Assembly: GCA_951406725.2 (NCBI GenBank)
Contig: OX597815.1
Span: forward strand, 96,224,001-96,288,000
DNA length: 64,000 nucleotides
Source of the DNA: Octopus vulgaris
Lineage: Eukaryota
Direction: 5' to 3'
The notes below the pieces were generated by a model. It was not told the DNA's origin and made no database searches. It worked only from the letters and a program-made list of their open reading frames with translations. This document shows, in pieces, positions 52,701 through 64,000 of the stretch. The position numbers and the translations under genes are program-made. The stretch's first letter is position 1. Each line of letters opens with the position of its first letter.

Positions 52701-54809
52701 AAATACTTTCAGTACCATTGATTTTAAGTAGATTCATCTTGTAATCGGAGAGTAGAAATATTTGATTAGTAAAGACTAAATATCTCTTTGGTTTTATAGT
52801 TCTTTTTCATTTTTAGGAAATCAGATACAACTTCTGCTCGATAAAGATAACTAAGAACTATCTGATCAGCTAGACATCAAGTATAAATTAAATCAAAAAT
52901 TATTCAATTTACCTAGACACCAAAGTACATATATGTGTCCTTCATATTTGTTAGTACTCTCTGTAAAGTTGAATGCTGACGCTTCCATAACTCTTTGATC
53001 TTCAAAGGTCTCTGTCTAGTTAAATAAACACACACGCACACCCCTCGCACACACACCACACACGTACTCACACACACACACTCACACACACACTCACACA
53101 CACACACTCACACACTCACACACGCACGAACACACACACATATATATGTATATGTATATATGCACACACATAGCTACGTATATACACATATGTATGAGTA
53201 TGTGTCTAGTACTAATCACTTTTAAATGCCAAATATAAAATTTTTTCCTGCACTAATTTTTTTACAATTACGACTGAAGTATTATAATTTTTAGACAATA
53301 CTTAGTTGTAAAAGACACACTTTCTTGTTTTACTAATGTTTTAGTTTATATTACAGATCATTAAATACCATAAGGACAACAATCTATATATCTATTCCTT
53401 TCTTCTCTTGTAAACGTAATCTAATTGGTCATTTTGATCCACAGCTTCATGTTCAGTTCGCGTACTTACTTCGATTGCAATACCAAAGCAAAATTTATCA
53501 TTCATATTAATAGAATCATAGCTGAATCTTTCCAGAAGATATCAACATACTTTCTAATCAAGTGGAAAAGATACGATGCTCTTCCTAAGAAGAGTTCTGT
53601 TAGCAAAAACGCCGAAGACAAAGGAATGTGCTTGATTATAAGAGACACTAATATGACGGGTATACAATAACTGGGGAAAGGCGATTGCTTCAGTAAATTG
53701 GAATTACTTTATTTTTATTAATGCGATCTAGTTAATTTTACTCGCACTCTCGAATGTATACACCTAAATCCAATTATTGTATATCATACATCATACAAAA
53801 TAGGTTGTAATATAAAGGGTTCCAGGAAAATTTTGTAACTCAAATAACAGTCTCTAAAAAGCAATATTGATTAATTTATTTTCCATTGGTTATTGCAAAT
53901 AAATTTTAAACTGAATTTTAAAATATATATTATAAAGAGCTTTGCGCAAAACATTGTTCAATGTTCAATATAAATAATGAGGACAAATATCTTTAATATA
54001 TTTCTATTGCTACCTCATTTCTTTAGGTCTAAATAAAATTCAAAATCACTACGTTTACCAGAAATTATTTATGATAAATGCCAAATCAGAAGCATTGAAA
54101 TGGGTCTTATAGAAAATGCTATGCTTAAAACAACATTTCTATATATTTAGATTTGTGAATGGAATACGAAATATTTTTTTTAAATTCTTTTTTCTTTGGT
54201 ATGTGTGATTTAAAATTTATATATACCTATACAAGCATCATAATGCAGGGGTTGTTTATTATTGAGCCAGAATGTAGTGTTTCGATCGTACTTTAGGGTG
54301 CACATTTCTTATCGCATTCATAAATATTGATTTCTTATGTTTAACTGATGCCATCTATTCATCTTTTATACCTGAGAAATATAAACAATAGAAGCAATAT
54401 CCAACATTTTAAATGTCGTACTTGAAACCCCATTTGTGTGATATAATACGAAAACGCATATAGTCTGTATCTGGACTGACAATTGTCATAGAGTACCTAA
54501 ATAGGGTGAGGTATTTTACACTTTGTTTGTTTTAGAGATTTGGGCTCTCAACTTAAAGCCACTTAATTTCGCACAAGACAATAGATTTTAGAAAGAAGTT
54601 TAATGCCAGCTTTTAATGTAAATACGGCACTTGTATTTATAGATTAAAGATAAGAAAGGAATGCAGGAACGTCAACCTTTAAAAGTGCAATGCAAACTGA
54701 AAGTAACTATAAACAATAACATTCTTCAGCTGTAATCAATTTCTGCGACGCCCTGTATATTAAGATGTATAATTGTAATTTATTTAATACGATATATTTG
54801 GATATTTAA

Positions 54810-55028
54810 AATTGGTTTTAAATTTTTACACACGTCCAGCAATTACAGGGCAAAGGAAAAAACCGTGTACAGCGACCCAGTGCTCAACTGCTTCATATTT
54901 TATCGACCGTGCAAGCATGAAAGGCAAAGTCGACCTCGGTGGGATTTGTAGTCAAAGCTTAAAGACGGACGAAATGCCGCTAAGCATTATGCCCGATGCG
55001 CTACCGATTCTACCAGCTCACCGCCTTA
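54810..55028 (-). mobile_element. SINE (~220-bp family) with 13-bp TSD
   Basis: atgaaaggcaaagtcgacctcgg..gacgaaatgccgctaagcatt..ccagctcaccgcctt, with tttggatatttaa on both sides. Confidence 0.85.
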
Positions 55029-55278
55029 ATTTTGGATATTTAATATTAATGCCGTAATCAATAATTTTATTCATTTCTAATATAAAATAGAGAATTAAAT
55101 AATGAGACATATCTTATATTGATATAAATCTATTCTTTTGTAGAAATACAAAACGAATACAGAACTAATAACAATAACATAATTCCATAAACAAAATGTC
55201 AGTTTTCATAAATATAAGACTTAGAAATGTGTGTGGGCTTGTATGAATGTCTGTCTTGTTGCACATGCATATGCCAAT

Positions 55279-55321
<43 letters not shown>

Positions 55322-56179
55322 GAGAGAGATAGAGAGAGAGAGAGAAAATGAGAGAGACACACAGACAGACAAATAGATAGATGGTAGATAGACAGAGAGA
55401 AATATCGATAGATATACATATACATATACATATACATGCTTGTATGTATTTGTGTATGCAGATATATACAATCGATCAGCACACTAATATATAACGATAT
55501 GATATTCAGTAAATAAAGAATAATGTATATTATACGTAGGCAGATAACAATCAAAGCAGTATATGATGAAATCAATATAATGATGATAGATGTATATATA
55601 TGCTTCTCAGAGGGGTTAAATATAGATGGAGACTACATTCTTTATCTAAAACTGTATTTGGAAAGTCAAATATATATGGAGATATAATATATGGCTCACA
55701 TTTTGCGATAGATTTAAAGTTAATAAAATGTAACATTTGTGTAACATTTAAAACATTTGAATTGCGATTTTACAACAACGTTATTATTATTACTGTGTGG
55801 GGCATTTAATGGTGTATAGTACCACATATACCAAGCATAACTGTAAGTAAAATTAGCACTGCATATGATAAGCATTAGTTAAAAGATGAAATGTGGTTTT
55901 GGAAACAGATATGCACTACTATATCCACAAATCTGTCTGCTATGTCATGCAGAATTGTGGTTACAATAGATTGAGAAATAGATGTGTCTTTGCTCTTAGA
56001 TGATATCTCTGGACAAGTCAGAAGAAACGCTTATTTCAGGAGCTTCAGTTCTCTTTGCGGGTGCTTAGGTGGATACTGTCATGTACATCTTTGATTGTTG
56101 TGTACTGGTATGAGAAAGAATCTTCTACCGGCCCTATGTGTTTCCAACATGTGTCAGCAATCTCACAGCGAGAAAAATA

Positions 56180-56840
56180 GCATACTCCACTGGTTAACTC
56201 TGGCAGAGACAAAACTGATCCCCAAACGATGAAACATGCACATGGGTGATAACTACCTGTCCATTGCATGTCAGAACATGCGTAAAATATATACAGCATG
56301 TTTAAACCTCTTCCTTCATGACCATTTTGAAAGTAATAACATCACCACAGAAGAACCAGTGGGTGGAGAGAAGGGAGTTGGGAGACGTGCCGATCAAGCG
56401 TTGATAAACAAAACTATAATGTCAGGGGTGCAGGATAATAGGAGGAACCTAGTTTCAAGGGGTGGTTAGACTACAAGAAATACTTTGACTATATCCGTAC
56501 TCTCTAAATTTCCGGAAAGAATAGTCAGAACCATAGATAAACTGCTGCCATCGTATTCACAATATTAAAGTTAAATGGAAAGTGTGATTGTTTTATCATA
56601 GATAAAGTACAGTATCGCATAGGTATATGTCAATGGGCTGCCGTTCTGTGATGCTGTTCACACTCAAAGCGTAAAGACGGACGAAATGCCGCTACTTTCA
56701 GTAAAGCCCCTAGTGTTCAGGATGTCTGAAAAGTATCTCACTGGTTCACCAAAAAGGAGAAATACCAAGATTGCACATTGCTTCTTTGTGAATGACATGA
56801 AAATGTATGCCAGGAATATGCATAAGATGAAAAAGTGTTG
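56180..56840 (+). pseudogene. Old R4/Dong-like LINE RT remnant
   Basis: NYLSIACQNMRKIYTA..HFESNNITTEE..DQALINK..RRNL/WLDYKKYFD and IAHCFFVNDMKMYA (degenerate FVDD). Confidence 0.75.
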
Positions 56841-57212
56841 TGTTATGAACAGGTTACAACATTCTCAGAGTACACAGTGTTCGACTTTGGTTACAATACA
56901 TGTTACGTTTCAGTTGTTTTTTTTTAAATTATCTATGACACATAAACTGTTTGTAGTGATTTCAGGCTCCTAGTAATATAGAGTTATAGTCACTCCTTCT
57001 GCCGTGTCATAGTATTGTTAGTTTACTCATTAACACAAGAAATATTCTTTAATATAAACGCTTCTGGTCATAAGTAATAAGTAACACCAGTTCTATCGTC
57101 TAATATCGGATAACTGTTTTTCTGGTTCCTCAATGCGTATTGCATATTGGACAACTATTTGCATGTATGTGAGAACCAAACACACATAGGAGACACACAA
57201 ACTTACACACTC

Positions 57213-57270
<58 letters not shown>

Positions 57271-57308
57271 TTAAATATATATATACATATATATATACGT
57301 ATACATAC

Positions 57309-57395
<87 letters not shown>

Positions 57396-57468
57396 AATAT
57401 ATATATATATATAGTAGTAGTAACAGAAAAGAGGAATATCGGTTGTCCCCACGTTGTGGATTGTAATG

Positions 57469-57799
57469 TATATAAGAAAATAAAAACGGAAAATACGCAC
57501 ACTTACATGGTTATAGTATAATTTTAAATGTATCAACCGGTTTCGAAATCGCTATTCATGATACGATGTTTAATTTATATGAAAATATATTTTTTCTTCA
57601 GAAGAAATTAAGTCCATGTTGTTTGAAATGAAATTCACTCGTGAATTTCATTTCAAACAATATGGACCCAATTCCTTCTTAAGAAAAAATATATATTCAT
57701 ATAAATTAAACGTACCATGAACAGCGATTTCGAAACCGGTCGATACATTTAAAATTATACTATAAACATGTAAGTGTGCGTATTTTCCGTTTTTATTTT

Positions 57800-57807
<8 letters not shown>
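57469..57807. repeat. ~340-bp imperfect palindrome with a 2-nt centre (57639-57640)
   Basis: Arms of ~170 bp are reverse complements. The innermost 20 bp are perfect (ttgtttgaaatgaaattcac-tc-gtgaatttcatttcaaacaa). Confidence 0.95.
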
Positions 57808-57862
<55 letters not shown>

Positions 57863-58411
57863 GTACATACATACATACATACATACATACATACATACGT
57901 ACATACATACATACACACACATATAACGATGTGCATCAATGTTTGTTACGAAATATATAAATATACTTCTGTGTACGTAGTTGAAAATTTATATGATTTC
58001 AAATTCCAATAGAATTGTCCAATAGTATTTCTTTCTTTCAAAATATTGCAGATTTTTTAGCTGTTTCACTCTTTTATAATTTTACGTATTTGTATTATAC
58101 ACATTGGATATTTCAATTTTTATAATAGGTTCGTCAGTACCATTTCAGTTGACTGGCGAGATTTTTATATATTTACCTTTGTCTCACCTGCGTAGCAGCT
58201 CTTCTATATCACTTCTATTCTGAAATTGTTTCAAATACGTCCGAATTGCTTACATATAATATGCAGTAACTCTCTTTTGCAATATGTTCCAGAAGCAAAT
58301 CATTTCAAAATGCATGCACTGAAATTATATTCGAATAAAAATGATTGTCCTGGGAAACATTATTTCAATCATCGCTCCATTCGTCCTTTCACGTTTATCT
58401 CCGACTACATT

Positions 58412-58487
<76 letters not shown>

Positions 58488-59589
58488 TTGTTTGTGATTG
58501 TAGGGAGATTTCTTCTATCATTTCGGTAGGCTGAGTGCAGTTGTTACATCGAGGTTTTTTAATTTTATCGGAATCAAGTGTAAAATATTTGCTTTTATAG
58601 GGTTACTACAGTTTTGTTTTACTACCATCAGAAATAAACATAAGCTAGCTTGCCTTATAAAATATCACCAGTAAGAAATTTATGCATCTATTTATAGGAG
58701 GTCTTAATTAGATTTTATAATCTATTTTCTTATAAACTTAAAATATGCTGAATGTGCACATAGAACAGATTTAGTGTCTTTAAATACTAACCGAGGAAAT
58801 AAGTGAATGCATAGTCAGTGTATTTACTTAAAAATACGGGATATTGTAACCAGAACGGACAGCATTAGCACAGCATAATACGAACAAATACAATCTATTT
58901 AATTTCATGTATTTAATACTTCTCTACGAGGAAAATGCTGATGAACAGGCATTAAATATTAGACAACGAAACATTTATATTTATTTTCTGTTTGTGAATA
59001 AGCTTAAGAGGGAAATTGTTGGAAAGCCTACCATACATTTTATTGATTTAAGACTTTGACATTTACAATGTAACAGCTGAAACATATTTCTACATAGACA
59101 TATCACAGATTAACAATTGACATTTTCATGAATTTGGTCGAAATACAACACTTAACCTGACGGTAAACGAAGTACATCTACTATAGATAAGAGTGTAGAT
59201 TAGAATTTCGTTTTTCGTTTTGTTCTATTTTTGTTTTTCAATAGTAGAAAATTTACCTAACAGATGTAACTTCAAGATTGGGTACTGGAAAAAATATAGA
59301 ACTAGATAGAAACAGAATAATTCAAGATAGTAATGCGATGATACTAGTTTGAATCCATAGCAAATGGAATCGCACATACTTTTATGAAGATGGTGTTTGT
59401 TAAATTAAGTTTGAATCAATGTGAACATAGAAAAATGATTAATTGCATTTAATTTCGCTCTATTATTAGAAGATTGTATGATACTGTCGCACGAAGGATA
59501 GATATTAAGGATTAATGCTTTTCTTTACGTGCGGCAGATTTTGCTACATTGACAAGGAACTGTAGAGCTGAGAAGAAATAATGGTTTTA

Positions 59590-59808
59590 ACATGGTTTCA
59601 AAATGTTGGTGTATGGCCAGCGATTTTAGGGTTGGTGCAAGTTGATTACAACCGTTCGTATGTTCATCTAGTATTTATTTTAAGCGATTCTAAAATGATA
59701 AAAGCCAATACCGACTTCGGTGTAATTTGAAATTAGTACGTAAACATCGACGAAATGCCGCTAAGTATTTTGTCCGCCGTGCTAATGAGTCTGCCATCTT
59801 GCCACCTG
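59590..59808 (-). mobile_element. Degenerate SINE (~220-bp family)
   Basis: gacgaaatgccgctaagtattttgtccgccgtgctaa..ctgccatcttgccacct. Confidence 0.75.
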
Positions 59809-59929
59809 AAGTCAAAATGAAATAATACTAGTTGTTATTAATGCTGTTTAGCCTCAGGCAGATATCACGCAACAGACTTATCTGTGAATATATTTTTATA
59901 AAACATTAATCAAACGTAGTCAAACCGTG

Positions 59930-61180
59930 ATCAGCCTGCCTTTTCCCAAATGATACTGTATCCACAACTAAAATTTAATTTTCTTTCGCTTTGATGGTGG
60001 CGTGTTTTTTCACGCAGATTTGAATGAAGGAGAAGGGGACGTGTAATGATAGTGTTTGAGTGGATGGAGTAGGTGGCCCAGGGGATATGCCTCAATTCGT
60101 TTCTTATGCCAGCATATGTTCCATTTAAGGCCCAGATTAGGCTTGCTATATCATATGTGTACCCATATTTCACAACGGACACATATTGTATAATTTCATT
60201 TGAATCCTTATGTAAACAAAGCATATTTTTTTCTTGACGCTAAAGTGGTCCTATCTTCCTTCGTAACCATTACAAGTTTTCTGTTCATTAATTGTACATT
60301 TAAGACCTTTTAATAACAAATTTCGTTCCTCTAGAATTTCAGCTTTAGATCCCGACATTTTCTGCTCTAAGAGCCAAAATATTTGCATAAAGATATTCCA
60401 CGGGTAGCCGATCTTAAACGCCTGTGTTATGGCATGGATAATTATAATACATAGTAAAGTTTGAGAACATGAACACAGCATTTATATATCTCCGCCTGCA
60501 GATAAAATTCATCAATGGATCCTTTGGTGATACTCAAATTGATGACTGCCTTTTCTTGCATAGTCTAAATGGCTCGAGTTCCCCTAGCGACCAGCAAATC
60601 TGTATACGAGATACCCTGTTAAACATATTCCAGATGTCGATAAAAGCTAGACATGTGTGCGTATTCCTAGCTATGTATGCCATGTTTGTTGTCTCTCAAT
60701 GAACATTGCATCAGTTGGCCAACACTGAACTATATCTCATAAACTAATTTAGTTGCGTTTCAGTTTTGCAGTAATGCCTACTGTAAATTTATAGCAGTTT
60801 GCGATATTCTAATATAGGGCAACATTTCGACACCAATATAACTTCAATTAATGCATCTATCATGAACCTTATATCATTTTCTAATGATGCTTAATGCTAA
60901 GATTTGTGAATGCAACTAACCTGGACACTTGATGTATATTCCAAGTAACTATATTGCACACTGGTTTGGCAGGTGTGCAAAACGTTTCGGTGACTATTCC
61001 TGTTTCTGCAGGTATTTTTCATACTCCCAAATTCCTTATTCCTCTTTCTATTATACTGTAGTTATTTTCATGTCCGGTTGCCTGATCTACATCAGTTAGG
61101 CACCGTATTACCCATGCATTCTCCATTCTGCGAATTTCATTGTAGAGCTAGCACGCTTTATATCATTGTTACTGTCAGCA
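59930..61180 (-). mobile_element. Degenerate RTE-like LINE RT
   Basis: AFIDIWNMFNRVSRIQICWSL (FVDLEKAFDRV-like) and LLCIIIIHAITQAFKIGYPWNI (upstream of a decayed YADD). Confidence 0.75.
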
Positions 61181-61193
61181 AGTACAGTGTTAT

Positions 61194-61295
<102 letters not shown>

Positions 61296-61401
61296 TACAC
61301 ATGTATATATATATACACATATATATATATGTACATATATATATATATATACATATATACATACATATATATATATTTCTCCTAATGTCATTATTTTTAA
61401 G

Positions 61402-61565
61402 TATACATGAATATGTGTATGGTGATTGGTTCATCTTCAGCGATGAATGCCGTCTCCTTATGTGTCCTAATTACCAAAGGTATTTCTGACTTTCCGTCCA
61501 TGAAATCTCAGATGTGTATTCAGCCCCGTAACAGATCTGCATGGTTTGAAGCTTTGTTGAAAGAA
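61402..61565 (+). CDS. Candidate 164-nt internal exon, gene unknown
   Basis: Acceptor cattatttttaag, donor GAA|gtaagt, open frame [11 protein letters not shown]...AWFEALLKE. No homology recognised. Confidence 0.25.
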
Positions 61566-61807
61566 GTAAGTTGTAACTTAATGTGCTTTTCTAACTGGCT
61601 ACGTCTACACACGTCCTCACTCTTATATTGCCGTAGGGCATTCCGTTACACAGAATGACAAATGAGGTCATGACGCAGAGATATCTATACGTCACTGCTC
61701 TATAGTGATAATATTTGTGCAACATGAGTTCAAGTCTCTGAATTACCGTGATTCGTACTAAGTGTGAGGCAAAAGAGAGATGACTCATAATTAAGCATAA
61801 CAACGAA

Positions 61808-63220
61808 CTTACAGAATTCCTTACTAGGATATAACCACGAATTGATATAATGTAAAAAAAGTTAAAATAGATATGTAATATATTCTGTACAGGATAAACT
61901 CTTAATACAGTTAGATAGTGAAGTTGACTAAAAGACATAATCCCTGAATAAAAATAATATACAGTCTAAAATTATATAGGAACGTTCCCAACAACAGCTG
62001 CATAAAGTAATACTATTACGATTATACACATAGTTTTGAATACTCTCTCTCTCCCTAAAAAATGATATAACAATAGATCAGACTCCTCCACACTCACAGT
62101 GATTTAACCTCGAGCTTTGACAGCACCATGGGTATTTCTACCATCGTACACACATATAGATTGCCACTACTCTAAGTTAGAGAAAACTAGAAACAATAGT
62201 GGCTAGGTGTTCAAAAATCCTTGAAATCCTGGAATTCAGGAAGCAGAGACCTACTACAAATATGTGCGCACGCATGTATGTATATATATACTCTTTTACT
62301 CTTTTACTTGTTTCAGTCATTTGACTCCGGCCATGCTCGAGCATCGCCTTTAGTCGAGCAAATCAACCCCAGAACTTATTCTTTGTAAGCCTAGTACTTA
62401 TTCTATCGGTCTCATTTGCCGAACTGCTAGGTTACGGGGACGTAACCACACCAGCATCTGTTGTCAAGCCATGTTGTGGGGACAAACACAGACACAAACA
62501 AACACACATATATATACATATACATATATACGGCGCGCTTCTTTCAGTTTCCGTCTACCAAATCCACTCACAAGGCTTTGGTCGGCCCGAGGCTATAGTA
62601 AAAGTCACTTGCCCATTTTGCCACGCAGTGGGACTGAACCGGGAACCATGTGGTTGGTAAGCAAGCTACTTACAACACAGCCACCGTGTGTGTGTACGCA
62701 TATACATAAACACACACACATGTATTATATGCCTAAATATTTTCCAGTAATGCTTATTGGCAATGCATTCAAACCTTAACACAGAATTGTGTATATTATT
62801 AAAAACACATACACATCAACATCAATATTTCTGTAGATACTCTGGTGCAATGTTGCAGGTGTGTTTTCCATGTTACTTAATTAAGCTTTGCATATTTTCA
62901 TTTTATTTTCTAAATCTAACTGGTGAATGGAGTATACATCTTGCCGCGTTAATATAATGTAAATGTAATTCGTGTAATTTCAGCATTCAAAACCATATGT
63001 ATAATCGTAATAGTATTACTTTATGCAGCTGTTGCTAGGATCGTTCCTATATAATTTTAGATTTCATATAATTTTTATTCACAGATTATCTCTTTTTACT
63101 CTGTATCTTCTGTATCTAACTGTATTAAGAGTTTATCCTGTAAGGAGTATATTACATATACAATTTAATTATTTACATCACTTCGATTCGTGGTTATATG
63201 TTGGTAGAGAATTCTGTAAG
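61808..63220. repeat. ~235-bp diverged inverted repeats (61808-62043, 62983-63220) with a ~940-bp spacer
   Basis: For example aacagctgcataaagtaatactattacgattataca vs tgtataatcgtaatagtattactttatgcagctgtt, and acaggataaactcttaatacagttagata vs its reverse complement. Confidence 0.9.
62291..62686 (-). mobile_element. Near-intact tRNA-derived SINE
   Basis: Minus head with A box tggctgtg and B box ggttcagtccc, CORE-like gggcaagtg, internal (TG/TA)n and an (AGTAAAAG)n tail. Confidence 0.9.
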
Positions 63221-63617
63221 ACCATCGGAATGATAATGTATTTATATTACTGTATTTCTAGTTTTTATCATTTGTTTCTGCTTTTCTTTACATTGCTTCG
63301 TAGATTTCAGTTGCTCAAATTATATCCATATATGAAACATTGGTGCTTTCTTTTTGTATGTGGCTTAAGCATAATATCTTCATATATTTAAATTCCACCA
63401 GAACTAAACTCTGAATGATATAGTCTTTCACAACTGCATTTCGTTGTATGTCTGTTAGAGCTTACACACCATGTGCTTGTTATTTTCTTCTTCTTATGTT
63501 TTCTTTCTGTTACAAACATATAAGTACATAAAAATGATATCCACAAGCATATAAAGACACACACACGCGCATGTTTACACACACAAACACAAACACACAC
63601 ACACACACGCACACACG

Positions 63618-63650
<33 letters not shown>

Positions 63651-64000
63651 TCCAGGTGTCTGTTAAAAATAGCTGTATTATTGAGTCATCCCATAAATAA
63701 TGCAATTCTTTCATGCTTTTATTTTTTTAAACTAAGATAGACTAATTTCTTTTGAAATCTAAAATATACTCTCCTACATTTTCTACAATGTTCTTCATCT
63801 ATCAGATGCTTGGCTTTGAAGGTGGTAGTGCGTTGTTTCATTAATTGTTTGGCATTTAGAAACAGATTTATTTTGGCAGCCCTGCCTCTCAAACATAAAA
63901 CAAACATCTCCACCCTCACTTCTCATATCAGAGCCCCGTTCTGACTGCCTTGTGACATACACCATACACTTGATGGATGTACACCATGCAAGCACTGGTA

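Noticed and set aside
61405-61489. [10 protein letters not shown] as a Tc1 transposase first-D motif
   Set aside because: No following transposase motifs or TIRs. A short match that is plausible by chance.
63677-64000. Mariner-like terminal sequence and overlapping ORFs at the window end
   Set aside because: The TIR resemblance is from memory only, with no second end or transposase motif in the window.

Overview
AT-rich, microsatellite-dense animal genomic DNA, intergenic or intronic. The SINE and retroelement families look like those I associate with octopus genomes (inference from memory, no search run). No intact host gene, rRNA, tRNA or CRISPR array is supported, and most listed ORFs are (TA)n/(CA)n/(ATT)n artefacts. 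Decayed mobile DNA dominates. It includes at least six Penelope-like element (PLE) remnants, two of them (8500-13845, 45885-49660) with RT, GIY-YIG and inverted terminal repeats. There is also a young R4/Dong-type LINE nested in (TAA)n, RTE remnants, a maT/Tc1-mariner remnant, a non-autonomous Helitron and many SINEs. The most interesting signals are non-coding. Several minimal type-I hammerhead ribozyme motifs sit in PLE-type terminal repeats, one with a compensatory G3-C8 core swap inside a 250-bp foldback mini-element. Other signals are 13 tandem copies of a 22-nt piece of the LINE's own coding sequence at its 5' truncation point, a ~460-bp unit in tandem and inverted array, and several long palindromes. 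A few short exon-like segments may belong to a host gene but cannot be confirmed from sequence alone.
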